Source of the DNA: Enoplolaimus lenunculus
Lineage: Eukaryota
DNA: 64,000 nt
Assembly: GCA_030248215.1 (NCBI GenBank)
Contig: JASANG010003984.1
Location: forward strand, 186,001 to 250,000
Reading direction: 5' to 3'
The notes beneath the pieces are model-generated. The model saw nothing but the letters and a program-made list of their open reading frames with translations, had not been told where the DNA came from and did not search any database. Positions within the stretch are counted from its first letter, which is position 1. The number at the start of each line of letters is the position of its first letter. Shown piece by piece: positions 25,076 to 38,848 of the stretch. The position numbers and the translations under genes are program-made.

Positions 25076-25796
25076 GACGAGGAGGGTACGTTAGCTTTCA
25101 AATTTTATTAAGTACTCCTGTAACCTTCATCAATTTCAAATTTTATTAAGTACTCTTGTAACCTTCATCAAAGCACATCTTTTAATTACGACGAGGAGGG
25201 TACGTTAGCTTTCAAATTTTATTAAGTACTCTTGTAACCTTCATCAAAGCACATCTTTTAACTTCGACGAGGAGGGTATGTTAGCTTTCAAATTTCATTA
25301 AGTACTCCTGTAACCTTTATCAAAGCACATCTTTTAACTTCGACGAGGAGGGTATGTTAGCTTTCAAATTTCATTAAGTACTCCTGTAACCTTTATCAAA
25401 GCACATCTTTTAACTTCGACGAGGAGGGTATGTTAGCTTTCAAATTTCATTAAGTACTCCTGTAACCTTTATCAAAGCACATCTTTTAACTTCGACGAGG
25501 AGGGTATGTTAGCTTTCAAATTTCATTAAGTACTCTTGTAACCTTCATCAAAGCACATCTTTTAATTACGACGAGGAGGGTACGTTAGCTTTCAAATTTT
25601 ATTAAGTACTCTTGTAACCTTCATCAAAGCCCATCTTTTAACTTCGACGAGGAGGGTATGTTAGCGTTCAAATTTCATTAAGTACTCCTGTAACCTTTAT
25701 CAAAGCCCATCTTTTAACTTCGACGAGGAGGGTATGTTAGCTTTCAAATTTTATTAAGTACTCCTGTAACCTTCATCAAAGCAGACCTTTTAACTT
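25076..25796. repeat. 76-bp tandem array (~9.5 units)
   Basis: Unit GACGAGGAGGGTAYGTTAGCTTTCAAATTT...CTTTTAACTTC with period 76 from 25190. There are no unique spacers. Confidence 0.95.
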
Positions 25797-26059
25797 AATG
25801 GTTCATCCGTGCGCCATACTAAGTTACGTACCAGAAATATTAAACCTTAATAAACCGTTGAATTTATTTTTACTACGAGTTTCAAATTAGTTTAATTCTG
25901 TTACAATTGTCATTGAAAAACACGCCCACAATGCGTAATTTGGACATTGTTTCAGCTAATTTTTAAGCATATCATTTTACCTCAACAAAGGACCGAAACA
26001 CAAACGTGGGTGTAGTAAAATTTTTAAAGTTGTTGGAATTGTCAATATTGCAACCGCTT

Positions 26060-26173
26060 TATTCATTATTATTTTATTTTTATTATTATTATTATTATTA
26101 TAATTTTATTATAATTATTATTTTATGATTATTATTATTATTATTATTATTATTATTTTATATTATTATTATT
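26060..26173. repeat. (ATT)n microsatellite
   Basis: Directly visible; lies about 30 nt into the intron after the PDZ6 exon donor. Confidence 0.9.
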
Positions 26174-26203
26174 CAGTTTAATCTAAAATTGAAGTGCACT
26201 CAC

Positions 26204-26405
26204 TGAAAATCAGTGCATATCAAATTGGTTCGTCGCAATATTGCGCGTGCTTGTGAATTAGTGGCGTTGCGTAGATTTTCATTGTTCACTTTTAACAGCA
26301 AATCGCCAACTCGGACTCGGCCATCGCGGCCAAAGGCGCCGTTGCGATGAATATCTTTCACCATACATCCGTTGATACCTTTGTCAACTGCGTCAACTTT
26401 GATTC
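26204..26405 (-). CDS. MPDZ: Multi-PDZ protein exon, PDZ6 core: GIKVDAVDKGINGCMVKDIHRNGAFGRDGRVRVGDLLLKVNNENLRNATNSQARAILRRTNLICTDF
   Basis: Acceptor ctattttcag|GA and donor CA|gtgagt. 202 nt, phase 1 to 2. The NSQARAILRR motif matches MPDZ PDZ6 (TNAQARAMLRR, recalled). Not in the ORF track. Confidence 0.93.
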
Positions 26406-27025
26406 CTGAAAATAGTTTTAATTTTAAATTTCAATAATTTAACACACTACTCTGTCTTGAAATTTTGCTAAGTTGTCTTAGGATTGCGTCATGCTTTTCT
26501 GTTCTGGACACGGCTACGCGCCGCCGCCGGACCCCACCGCACGCCGTTATGCGTAGCTAACAAAAAGATAGGCAAAATCTATTTGGTGGCGTGAGACAAT
26601 TTTTAATAAACAAACCGCACGCCGGCATCCGGCGGTGCACGGCGAGTATACCGTAACCCATAGTGTGGCAACTTCCGTTCCGGCGGTAACAGCGACGCTA
26701 TAAGTGTGAACACACTACGAGCCTGGCATGGATATTCGAATCCCGACCATGGATGAGCAGAGTAGCATAACTAGACATGGTAGCCGATTTAGAGCAGGAC
26801 GGGTGGGGCGATAAAGACTTTAGTCTTAGGTTACCAACCTTATAGATGTCAGTTGTGCAAACCAACGAGGATGAATGCTTCATACGTATATTTTTTATGT
26901 ACTTCGATTTTTTAGTTCAATGAGTTTAACGCTCACGGTTACATCTCGTGTTAAACTTGACTACCGAATGGTATAAAATTAATTTATGCGACCTTTTACT
27001 GGCGGGTTCAATCGTAGCTACCCTA

Positions 27026-27183
27026 CGGGCCCGTAGCCAAGGGGGGCAGGGGGGCTCAGCCCCCGTGGAAAAACTTTGACCCCCTAGAAAATTTTCAACG
27101 TTGCTTGTAACTCATTGAAAACCCTTGAATGCCCCTCCTGAAAAATGTTTAGCCCCCTAGCAAGGTGAACTGGCTACGGCCTA
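27026..27183 (-). mobile_element. hAT-type MITE family 1 copy
   Basis: Reverse orientation, with perfect TSD CTACCCTA on both sides. Confidence 0.9.
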
Positions 27184-27674
27184 CTACCCTAGCCTACACC
27201 ATCCCACTCCAAACTGGGATCAAAATTAGATACTCTATTAAGCTTTAGCAGTAAAATGGTGTTCGGCTTCTATCTCGTTTCGTTCGCGAGTTTTTTTTCG
27301 CTATTATACATCTTGCAGCGACACATTTTCCTTTAGAAATTTCCCGATTCGAATCTGTGTCTCTTAAAAAGTTAATTGTTCAATTTTTTTGAACCACTTA
27401 TTGACGTCAAATATGCCGATTTACACCCTGGATACGTCCTTGCGTCTGTCTATACGTCGAAATATGCTTCTTTAGGTGTGCGCTCTCGTTAGAAATTTCA
27501 GGTTCCAAACACTGGATACCAAATTCGTTTCCAGATGAACACACTAAAGTGTCCCACAAATTTTTTTGAAAAATAACAATTTTACCGATTTAAACTCGGT
27601 GCGTTGAACTTTCTTCGCTGTGGACAAAATTGTCTTTGGGGGTTGCGATTGTCTGGCTGTTGGGGTCAACATAC

Positions 27675-27861
27675 CTATTTTATGGTTGCCTTTCTTGATA
27701 CGTATCGTTTGTTCCATGCTCGCAGGTAAGTGAATGACATCAGAACCCCACGCGTTTCGAAGGATGCCACCGGGTGATGTTGGGCCAGGGCTCATACTTG
27801 GACTGGCGGTGCTGGTTGCGCCTGTATTCAGCGACCATCCGGAAGACATTGAAAGAAAGCT
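27675..27861 (-). CDS. MPDZ: Multi-PDZ protein exon: SFLSMSSGW...AWGSDVIHLPASMEQTIRIKKGNHKIG (start of PDZ6)
   Basis: Acceptor gttttcag|AGC and donor ATAG|gtatgt. 187 nt, phase 0 to 1. Joins in frame to the next exon to give the PDZ carboxylate loop KKGNHKIGIKV. Confidence 0.88.
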
Positions 27862-29057
27862 CTGAAAACAACAAAAAGATGTTAATGTAAAAATCAAGTT
27901 ACATTTCAGTTATTTCTTGATACGCAATTTACACGTAATTTGACTAATTTAAGTCGAGTGTAAACGCGGGTAAAACATGGGTCGAACGAAGAATTTAGCT
28001 GTTTTTCGTTAAATGGCAGCCAGCCGGCGTTTGCCCAAAAATGGTCAGATTTTAAAATTTTTTTTGCATATTTGAGCTTTTCGTTACCTCTCATTGCACG
28101 TTGAAATTTAAGTTTTCAAAGAATTCGGGCAAATGCCGACTGTCGGGCACTTAACGCGGAAAAGAGGCAAGAATGGCAGACGTGGGCAGTATACCCGAGG
28201 GTAAAAACCATAACTCATGCGGATAAAAACACGGATCAAGTGGACTAATCTTTTACGGATGACTACGATATCATGTGTACATTGGTAACACATATGTTAC
28301 TTGTAAAAAAGCGGAACAACACTTTTTGTTGAACTATGAATATAATTAATCAAAATTGAATTTAAACAAAAACCTTCATCGAAAATTTAAATTTTGAACT
28401 ACAGTTGAAACTTAATAAAATGACAAAATTAGCCAAAACTTAAGGTTCCGTTGCCAGCTCAACAAAGTAGGGTGGTAAACCAATTTCGAGATAGACATGT
28501 GTTTGAAATAACAAGCTTACAAGTGGGGCTAACATTTTTCGAGGGAGAGATCAAATTATTCATGGTGGCATGAGCATCCCTGACCTCTTTCTGGCTACCG
28601 GGCCCGTGAGAAGAGGTAGCGTAGATGTAAACATTTGAAATGAGTCAATAAATGTAATCTACTTAAAGATTTAGCAATATCCATAGCAAATCGCACAACG
28701 CATTGCTATCAAATACACTTTTAGAGAGGTTGGTACAGCTAGATGTTACATTCCATGTGGCTCATGTTAAGATCAAGGACGGAACGTTTTTCTGCGGGAC
28801 TGCAATAGTGTAAGCTTAAGCTTTAGCTTAATTGTTTATGCTTAAATTTACGTATAAGCTCATTGTTACGTTTAGGCTTAGGCTTACGCTTTGGCTTAGG
28901 CTTAGGAATATGCTTATATACCACTGTTACGGCCCTTAGCGTTCCATGTTATATAAGCTTTTTCAGCGTGACTTGGTAACTTGTGATTTCTTTTTACGTT
29001 ACCCTCCTGATAACCACGTGTTTATATTTTCAAACCTCTTATAAAATATTGATTTAC

Positions 29058-29159
29058 CTGTGGGTACAACTGAAACATTGTACAAAGTTCCGTCGTGCAC
29101 GATCTACTATGATTTAGAAAACCTAATTTCGTGGGTCGCTTCGACTTCACCGGTTCCAT
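29058..29159 (-). CDS. Candidate alternative first (or cassette) exon MEPVKSKRPTKLGFLNHSRSCTTELCTMFQLYPQ
   Basis: Acceptor ggtttag at 29181-82, ATG 21 nt downstream, open frame to donor CAG|gtaaat, phase 0. Confidence 0.5.
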
Positions 29160-30297
29160 TTTGTATAAGTACGGCCCAAACTAAACCTTATCGGTACTTT
29201 AAAATTTCGTTTCGTTCAAAGATTTCTCAACTACTGCGGGAGTAATGCTTAATCTTTAATTTATATTTGAATTATATATTCTGATTATTAACAATTCATA
29301 ATAGCTTAATTAACACTTAATTTATATTTAAATTATATATTCTGATTATTAATAATAATTAATAATAGCTTAAGAAGTTGAAACTTTTATGTCATTCATC
29401 AACACCATGCTCAGTATCCGATAGACAAAAGGTCCCCCCAGACTCGAGCATCCAGGTCGTATAGTCCAGCAGATATATAAGCTCCGATATATATGTATTA
29501 TGAATCAGGGTTCCACCGGAATTCTTGTTCTGGATGGAATTCCTGCTCAAATTCAATTCCTGTTCCTGCTCCTGCAATCAAAAATGGAGGTACCGGGGAC
29601 TTTTTACCATTTTGTGGCAAATTATTCATAATCATTTAAATATTGGAAACTTTGACCTTGAAAAATCGTCATTTCGAAATGAGCATTTTTGCAGTTTGTT
29701 CAGCTTTGTTAATAAACCGTTTTTGATTTGTTTTTGCAAAACGTGAAGATGAAATAGCTGAAAATACGCTTAAGATATTTTTTGGCAAGTTTTCGAACAA
29801 GTCCAACTGTAATTTTCGGTGACGAAAATTATTTCGAATTCCGGTTCCTGTTCCGGTTCCGGTTCATGGCTAAGAAATTCAATTCCTGTTCCCGTTCCTT
29901 CAACTTGAAAATTAGAAATATTGTGCATATCGTTTGAAACGTCGTTCAAATTTGGTTGCAATGGAGTGCCAAAGCTCAAAACCGTTCAAAAGACACAATG
30001 CTATTTTGCGGGCTTTAATTTTGAAATTATTTGCTGAATTTTTGACCACGAAAAATTGCTCGCTCGGTACGTTCGTTCTCCTTGAATAGAGTCATGTAAT
30101 GCATTCACAACATGAAATATAAGCGGCGACTGCCATGTAAGCTTTTATAAAAGACAACCGATATTAAAACCGCAACTATTTAAATCTTTTGAACAAACTC
30201 CGCAAAGCCTATTAATTTCAACACTGAGATTTAATTGTGTTTCACAGGCTTAAATTACTGACTTCAGACGGGAATAGCCAGAGCCGGCGTTAGTCGG

Positions 30298-30430
30298 GGC
30301 ACCTCCAAACAGGTCCGAGCCCCCCCAAAACAGGTCCGAGCCCCCGAGCCTCCCAAAACAGGTGCGAGTCCCCGTAAAACAGAAACCAGGGCCCGTAAAA
30401 CAGGAACCAGGGCCCCCAAAACAGGAACAT
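30298..30430. repeat. ~20-bp minisatellite CCCCCAAAACAGGTCCGAG
   Basis: About 6 degenerate units. Confidence 0.75.
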
Positions 30431-31616
30431 GCCCCCCCCCCCCAAAAAAATATTTCACAGCTCTTTAACTTCGCGGTTAGCGAGAAAATTTTTAGTTTGC
30501 AAACATGAGACCTTCGCCAAGGGTCGGTCGGCGCCCCACGAGTTTGCGTGTCCCAGGGTCAACGCCACCCCCCCCCCCCGAGTTTGCGCGTAAACCAATT
30601 TCTCTTAGCTAACGTATATTACTGAAACAATATTTTTCAAAACAAGCTAAAACACGAGGGTCTTGGGCCCCACCCACAGGCAACGTTCGGGCTGGCTTAT
30701 ACCAATCAAAATAAAGATGAAGTAGCTGAATATTTTTGAGTGATTACCGCTGTAGATTTAAATTAAGTCTTCGGGCAAACAACAAACAAACAAACACGTA
30801 TTGAAAAATAAATCAATTACTACTGAGGGCCCGATACGGTACGGAAAATTCAATCAAATAAAAATAACTATATTATATAGATATATACGGGTAATGGACA
30901 ATATTTTATTTATGTAGCATGCTCATAGCAGGGTTCCTTCCGGAACTAGATTTTGTCGGAAGCGGAATCGGAATCAAATTATTCTGTCGGAACCGGAATC
31001 GGAATCAAGTTTTAGTAATTCTATTAAAAAGTTAAAGGTGTATGACTTAACTTTTGTTGCAGTATGCCATTTTTCTTAAACTGTTCACAGTTTCAGTAAA
31101 AATTGTTTATATAGCAAACCAACAGAATAATTGCAAATGAACGAAACAAAACGAAACAAACAAAATCTGCTTTCAATCATCTTAAAAACCCATAACCGAA
31201 AAATCAGAACTCCGGCAACGGAAGAGCAGTCAGCCGGAATCGGAACCGGAAGTCAAATTTGCCGGAATTTTAGCCGGATTCGGAATTCGGATGGAACCTG
31301 GCTCATAGCCAGCTCAGCTTGCTGAGTAATCTAAAAAAATTTTCAGGAGGGTTATACAAGGGTTTTCCTTGACCTACAAGTAAGGCTGAAAATAGTCTAG
31401 GAGCGACTAAAATTTATCCAGGGGGTGCTCAACCCTTCCCTTCTTAAAAAGTAGCGATGTGATGGGGCTGAGGGTAAGGGCATGAAATCAAGGGGGATAT
31501 TTGCAGAATATGCGTGCCCCCGATAACGTTTTAAAAAACAAAACTGTGTTGTAAGGTCAGCAAAAGTTCCTTAGAACGTAAGATCTTTTCTAAAGTTTGG
31601 GTTGCGTCCATGACTA

Positions 31617-32388
31617 AAGCCGTATTGACATGTGCAAGTTTTTGCAGCAAAAATTTGCACAACTTGTATGTGCAAGTTCGCTCATGAAACAACTTTGAAA
31701 ATCTCTCAGCTGAAAATAATTAAGTCAAATTCAAGCAAATAAATTTAATTCACACATGTGAACGCAGTTGCAAGTCGTCTGAATTTATTACACCTGCATT
31801 TTCATTGGCCAATCGAAAACTGTGTTGCTGAGCGATTCTGGAATTAAATTCAGATTTTTTTAATTTATGAAATGAGCTTAAATTAATTTGTATATAAAAC
31901 TTGTTTGATATTTCGCAGCCTAGCGGTGATGACAACTGAATTAAGTTTTACATCTGCGGAGTACAAAGCAGAAATTCCAAAATTTCAAAGCATTTTCAAG
32001 TCAAGTTGCAACGAGTTTCCCTTCTTCACGCTTTACGCGAAAATGTTTATTGCAGTTGAAACTTGAAGCTGCAAGTTTTGCTCATGCATTTTTTCAAAGA
32101 ACTTCCAGCTGTAATTTATTTATGATGCAATATGCGTAATGAATCAATTCGTATGTTTGAACATCTATGCTAGTAGCAGTAACTGAGTATTATTGGCGGA
32201 ACAGATAATTTATAGCTTATGCTTGATATTTATTGCAGTCGTTTACATACAAGTCATAAAAGTTTATGTTAAAATTTAGAATGAAAATGGTATTTCTACG
32301 CAAACACCTGCAGCTGCAAGTTATACTCTGGCAACTTTCAAGCTGCGAGTTCGCGCTGCAAAAGCTTGCACGTGAGAATAGCGGCTAA
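31617..32388. mobile_element. MITE with TGCAAG/CTTGCA-rich arms (TIR AGCCCTATTCACACGTGCAAG)
   Basis: Inverted termini. Related copies at ~37172-37448, ~5585-5630 and ~33600-33720. Confidence 0.65.
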
Positions 32389-35363
32389 TATTTAAAATGT
32401 TTCCTCAAGAACCATGAAATTTTTTTAAATTTTGTCGCAAAAGTACGTGAAACACCATATATACTTTGAGTGTTTGGACTGCATGGTCAACAAGACCCCT
32501 TCTTTTCGTAGGTTCTTCCCAATGTCTTGGATTGATAACGTTTTTTTTTCTGAACAGGACCAAATTATGTGCCCTACTGAAAGCTGCCATAGCTAAGTCC
32601 ATCTAGACAAGCACCAGCGACGCATCCAGAACGTTTTGATACAAGCGGGCTGTCAAAAGTTATGAAACGCAATTTTTACTGTATGCTATATATGTTCCAC
32701 TTTTCTGAGGTAGAAATAATAAGTTACGGACGTTTACCATTTTATCACAAAAAATTTTCTGACAGGAGTACGCTTCCTTCTGCGCGTCTCTGGATCTGCC
32801 AGTGCCCAGTGCCAAGAGACTCCGTACTATCAGGATCGCGGATGTGCTCATGATCCTAGCGATGACACCTCCCGACTAATTGCAATCACTTCATTTCGAA
32901 GCAATTATATTAAAAAGATGTCCGAAAAATTTAGCAAATGAAGCTTAAAAGTGGCATTTGTTGACGCGTTTGAAAATCGATTTAAAACCGAATTTTAACG
33001 CACGTTCCCTAGTGAATTCAGTAAATGGAATGGAAAAAATTTGCATAGGGCTACATTAAAATGACATAGCTAAATGTTTTAAAGACACGCTTTGCGTCCA
33101 GGGGCCTAGACAGTGAGAGTCAAAGGCCCATGGTTCAAAATGCGTTGCTGCCAGGATATTAGCTGAAAAAGGTATAACCTTATATAGAACAAGTTTATAT
33201 ACTTCTAGGATTAACAAGATTGCTCCTTAAACTGTTAATTTGTGCTTTATTCCTGTCTCTTTAGAAGTTTGGGGAGAAATATGTCGCCTTTATCCGGCCT
33301 TTTTGAACTGCTAGTGCGGTAACTTACTGCTTTTCTCGGTGTAACTTTATATTAGCAAAGACAAACAGATTTAGACAAAAACTAAATATACACACCCAGG
33401 ATGTTATCACGTAAGAATTTTCAACCCCATCTCTCCGACCCCAGAAAATTTTCGTGAGGATCCCCGTCATTCATATGGGGATCAACGGCATTCCCATCGC
33501 AATCCACGCCACCCCGCCAATTTCTGGGCGACGCAGACGTCATGCACGTTGTAATACACATCTGTCATGCACCGTGGCTTTATGGAAAATTATTAATGTC
33601 GCCTAAATGCAAGTTTATGCAGTGAGAACTCGAAGCTGTAATCTTCACGTGTAAATTTTTGACAGAAAGAACTTGCAACTGCAACTTGCAACTGCAAATT
33701 TTGTTCGAATACACTCGACTGGTATCATGAAATGTTAGGATCTTGCAAATCAGAAACTTTAGCGCAGCATTATGTATTATGTATTACCCAAACCACTTGG
33801 AGGGTCATCGGCAAAGTTTTGATGAGCAGGCGGTGTGTGTAACCACGTGTTACAAAGTCAAGACCCGAGTAGTTAATACATATCAACCTCGGTACTACAC
33901 TAAACAGAGGCGGATCCAAAAAGTTTTGGCCGAGGGCGGGCGGGCGAAAGTTATGAAACGCAAATTTTACTGTATGCTATATATGCTATTTGCAGCGAAA
34001 TCACAACAACAATTTCACAGTGAAAATCATTGTAAGTCTTTGACCTTATCATTTTATCACCAAAAAATTATCTGAAGGACAAAAATTCCAGGACCTTATC
34101 ATTTTATCACAAAAATATTTCTGAGGCGAAAAATTGTAATGTACGTGAAACTTTATTATATTTTAACAAAAAATTTACTATGGGGGGAAAATGTAATTTA
34201 AGAGGGAAAAATGTAATTTAGGGGGGAACATTACGATTTTATCGCAAAATAATTTCTGCCGGGTGTACTGCATTAACACATATATACAAATACCCCAAAC
34301 ACATGTTCAAAGTGTCAAATACCACGAACAAAGACGCAAACAAATGAGGTTTCCTTCATTTTACGGGTTATAAAAATATTTCAAAATATTTTAATGGCCA
34401 AATCTGAAATCTGGCTAAAGCGTTTCATCAATCTCTGGTCTTTTTTTTACGAGCAAAACACGCAAACCCAAAACCATATTAAGATTAACATAGTAAAGGT
34501 TCAACTTTAGGCCACATGGCGTCATTTTTGACGGCATGTTTTGAACCGATTCCCCGGGGCCCAATAGCGCATACGAGGGTGCATATTACATACTATATGC
34601 AGCACCTATCAACACGGTCGTATACAATTTTGTGTAAGAGATAAAGCCCATGTTCAAATTTCTGATGACTCGAGAAAAGCACTGTAACTGTAGTAACCCG
34701 ATTAAGAGGGGGCGCTGATGTTTTGTTGGCCTCTCCATAGCGTACCTCCTTGTTATTCGGTTACAGACTATTATTTATTTTTAATCCACCGTTTGTTATC
34801 GATATATATCTGGTACTGCGACTATCAGATGAATTAAACGTTTATTTGCCTTGTATCAAAACTTTGAGCGATAATGCAAAGTTATACTTAAGCTGGCGCC
34901 ATTTATGTACTACAATTAGGAATAACTAACAGTTATAGACTCTACTTAGGGTATAGGTACTCTATTTGCTTACAGACTCTTACTAGGGATACGGGTGACT
35001 GGGAAACAGCTAAGTGCACTCAAAAAATTTCCATAGCAAAAATTAATCTTCAGAATGATATTTAAAATTAAGCTAATTTTAGTAAACCCTGGTTTAAGGC
35101 AACATCGACTAATCTGGCAAAGCAGAAATGATTATTGAAAACTAAATATGACACAAGTTAAAACAATAAATCTTGAACACAGATGTCAACTTAAGTCGAA
35201 ACTAAACATAAGTCATATCACTGAAACCCAGCCTATATTTTTCTTAGTAAACGGAAAATTGCATTTCCTGTCTGTACATCTTAGCAAATTAGCTTAGCAT
35301 GAAGCATTATATATTCTGGTATATGCCATATACGCAATGCGCATTATATAGTATGCTTGCCGG

Positions 35364-35779
35364 CAGGGTTCTAATCGGATGTATATTTGTCGGAATCGGA
35401 ATCATATTTTCTGTCGGAACCGGAATCGGAATCGGAATAGGAATGTAAGTTTCAGTACTTCTTTTCAAAAGTATTAAAGAGTATGACTTTTGTTCACAGT
35501 TTCAGCAAAAAATTGGTTATATAGGCATTCACATTTTTATAATCAGCGCAATAATTCGCATTTCACGTAACAACTGAGAGTATATATTTACTCAAAGGTT
35601 ACGATCAGATTAAGTGCAAACGAACGAAACAAGAGTACAAAATCTAAGTTCAATAACCTTAAAAAATTATAACCGAATATTCGGTATGCCAGCATCGGAA
35701 TAGCCGTCAGTCGGAATCGGAATCCGAACCCAAATCTTATCGCTATTTTAGCCGGAATCGGAATTCCGTTGGAACCCTG
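35364..35779 (+). mobile_element. hAT-type MITE family 4 (TIR CAGGGTT...AACCCTG, subterminal CGGAAT/CGGAAC repeats)
   Basis: Perfect TSD CTTGCCGG. Other copies: 30929-31300 (TSD GCTCATAG), 62347-62802 (TSD CATATACC), ~19710-20092, ~29506-29860 and ~36230-36331. Confidence 0.88.
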
Positions 35780-35836
35780 CTTGCCGGCAACATTCCGTCC
35801 ATACATACACTCGACACTAGAAGCAATTGAACAAAC

Positions 35837-35915
35837 GGCTACTTGGCGCAGTGGTATAGCGTTCGCTTAAAGATCCGCAAGCTTGAGTTGAGAGTTCAAT
35901 CCTCGCTCTGGAGAT
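35837..35915 (+). mobile_element. tRNA-derived SINE-like head
   Basis: A box TGGCGCAGTGG and B box GAGTTCAATCC at tRNA-like spacing, but no acceptor-stem pairing. Confidence 0.55.
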
Positions 35916-37624
35916 CTGCTTCTTCGACTGCTTACGTAAAAAGTCTAAACTCATGGTTGCTACCTAGACTGACATGCACAAAGTACGTAGTAAATTACAT
36001 AGCTATAAATACTCTTTCTACTGACCGATTTTCAATTTTTACATTTTAAAAACTTCAAAATCATAAATCCATTAATTGGATACATTTAAACAATCAAACT
36101 GTCCCATACAGCAGCGGCTCTTATTTATTGACATACCTGAATTCGTCGTTTCGTCCTGGCAAAATAAATTTCCACAACCATTTTTAAATCTGACTGAAAG
36201 CCCAAATTGCAAATATTTGGTATATACCAGAGGCAGGCTGCAAAGCGGAACTGTATTAGACAAGAATCGGAATCGGACCTCGTATTGAACCAGGAATTGT
36301 AACCGGAATCGGAATTTCGGTTGCACCCTGCCTGAAGGAGTTAATTTTGAAACTTTAGGCAGAGTTTCAAAAAAGCATAACTTTGAAAATTTTTAACCAA
36401 CGCCCATTAGCGATACGTCACCCTATCAGTAAAACGTCACTCTTGATCGCATTGTCAACTTACCCCACTGAGACTGCTTGTAGTATACGCGTTGAGTAAG
36501 CTGCCAAACGCATGCGGAGCGTACGGATTCTGAAAATAACAACAAAAACCATAATTAAAAATTATTACTCCGACATAAAACTATGCGGTTATCAGTAGTG
36601 TAGGCTTTTAACTCTATTACTCTCACAATGATTATTTTAGTTTCCACAAATATATGAGGGAAAAATGTTTTGAAAACCAGAACAAAAGGCACTCTTATAG
36701 GCTTTACATTTTATCTGCTAGGTTTAACAGGTATCCCCCAAGCTTGGATCGTTCGCTACGCCGTCAAACACTGAGAGACTGTATATATTCCTCAAAAGAT
36801 ACCCTGACTATACCGTTGATAGCTTCCCTTGAATTTAGAAAAATTTCAACTTGATATTTCGTTGGATCCAAATCAAGTTGTGGTGTTGTTAGGTTTTTGA
36901 TTACTGGACTCTTAACTGCCCATAGCTTGCAACTCTCTTAATCCTTATTATGAACCAGTCGTAGTGGGATTACACATTCAGCGATGTTCGGACCCGCTTA
37001 CTGACAGTAAGCACAAATGCAATAATGGGTATAGTTAATATGCTAATCAGCAAGTATCCTTCTAGTTTGAAAATATAGAAAGGTTTGAGCGAAATATTTA
37101 TGTGTTTCATATCCAAAAATCCTACGGAACACAGTGTTACACCGACAAAACAAATATTTATAAAACTATAAATCCCTATTTACACGTGCAAGTTTTTGCT
37201 GCGAGAACTTGCAGCTGCAACTTGCACTCGCAACTTTTGTCTGAATTGCCATTCGAAAAACTTGCAGCTGCAAATAATTCATTAAAAAATCATAGCTTGG
37301 AATGTAGTTCACATGTGCGAATAACCATGCAAATTCATTGAATTTATTGCAGCCGCTTTCTCATTTGCTGATGAAAAAATGCATGTTCTGCGTGCAATTT
37401 GCAGCTGCAGTTCTCGCATCAAAAACTTGCAATTGTGAATAGGGCTTAATGCACTAAAATGCTTTTATAAACAATTATTTCAAATTCCTTGCACCCAAAA
37501 ACTTTTTTGGTACAAAAATTAGATTACTTTTAAGCTTGATATTTAGTTAAAATAAAATAAAACATCCTTATTCTGGTTGAACCAACTATGCAAATTAGCA
37601 TGTAGCTACTAAACCGTGTAGAGT

Positions 37625-37818
37625 TTCAAAAGCCTAATGACGAGGTTAACACCTCAGGATAATAAACATTCAAATAAAAAAAGTTTATCAAAATCTGTTC
37701 AGCCGTTCCTGAGATTCAAAACGCATAGGCATTCAACTTTCGACACATGAGTGCAAAACATAAAGCGCTTCGCCTAACTCCGCGCTTCAGTCGGAGTTTC
37801 GCTTCGCTCAATAATAAG
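37625..37818 (+). mobile_element. Helitron/Helentron-like 3' end fragment; second copy at ~49645-49838
   Basis: Both copies share ACGAGGTTAACAC...AAAAAAAGTTTATCAAAAT...TTCAGCSGTTC..GAGATT and end in GCTTCGCTCAATWA. Copy 1 has a terminal hairpin ACTCCG...CGGAGT. The class assignment is inferred. Confidence 0.45.
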
Positions 37819-38020
37819 AATTCGGAGTAAATATTCTGAGGAGTCCTTATTAGATGCTACAAAGTTCCAGGCCGTACTGTGAAAATTTTGCGATGCAAAT
37901 GATTCAATCTGAACCTCATAACGACTTTTAAAGCAGCTAATTTGGCCAAAAATTAAACAAGACTGCATTACGATCCAAACATTTTGCGACTGCAGAGCAA
38001 TTAGTAAGTATTAATTAAAA

Positions 38021-38511
38021 GGCCAATGTTACTTTAACAGGCGTAACAGCAGATTAAGCGCATTCCTAAGCCTAAGCCTAAGTGTTGCAAAAATGTATTC
38101 CTAAGCCTAAGCTTAAGCCTAAGCCTAAGCGTTGCAAAAATGTATTCCTAAGCCTAAGCTTAAGCCTAAGCCTAAGCGTTGCAAAAATGTATTCCTAAGC
38201 CTAAGCCTAAGCCTAAGCCAAAACGTTGCAAAAATGTGTTCCTAAGCATGAGCCTAAGCCTAAGCCTAAGCGTTGCAAAAATGTATTCCTAAGCCTAAGC
38301 TTAAGCCTAAGCCTAAGCGTTGCAACAATGTATTCCTAAGCCTAAGCTTAAGCCTAAGCCTAAGCCTAGGCCAAAACGTTGCAAAAATGTGTTCCTAATT
38401 TTATGCCTAAGTGTAAACCTAAGGCAAAGCAAAAAAACGTAATTTACAATCTAAACCTACGCTTTTATTGACCCACCAGAAACCTGGCCGCCCCTTAAAC
38501 TATTATGGGCC
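38021..38511. mobile_element. TTAGGC-core MITE family B' (TIR GGCCAATGTTACTTTAA) with an internal ~47-bp tandem expansion
   Basis: The unit CGTTGCAAAAATGTATTCCTAAGCCTAAGCTTAAGCCTAAGCCTAAG is repeated about 7 times. Unexpanded relatives at 46205-46370 and 60480-60713. Confidence 0.78.
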
Positions 38512-38827
38512 AATTAAAACATGAAAAAATTGCTAAAAACACGCTTTAACACCGTCAAATTTCCGAACACAAACACTGATGCTCCCACTGGACCCTGAAG
38601 TCACAAAAAGCTTCCATAGACGAGTCACTAAACCCGAATAATACTTCAATATACCATCTCCAGAAGCATTGTATACCCTATCGTAAGCTGGAAAAGGCAT
38701 TCTCATTGAAAACTATTAACCTCAAAGGTCAAAGTTTACCCTATATCTTACTTACATTTAGGGTTTGCGAATAATGAAGATAACCCAGGGGTAAGCACCG
38801 CCCTGCCCCCGCCCCCTCAAAACTTAC

Positions 38828-38848
38828 CTCATCAAAATTAAACGACAT
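38828..38848 (-). CDS. Candidate alternative first coding exon MSFNFDE
   Basis: Consensus donor GAG|gtaagt in phase 0. An in-frame stop lies upstream of the ATG, and an acceptor tttgtttag sits at 39017-18. Confidence 0.35.

Noticed and set aside
25076..25796. Possible CRISPR array (also 46906-47125 and 57700-58410)
   Set aside because: Units are contiguous with no unique spacers, there are no cas genes and the context is eukaryotic.
38061..38420. True telomere or chromosome-fusion scar
   Set aside because: The TTAGGC tracts are short, interrupted and enclosed by MITE TIRs, and the gene is continuous across the region.
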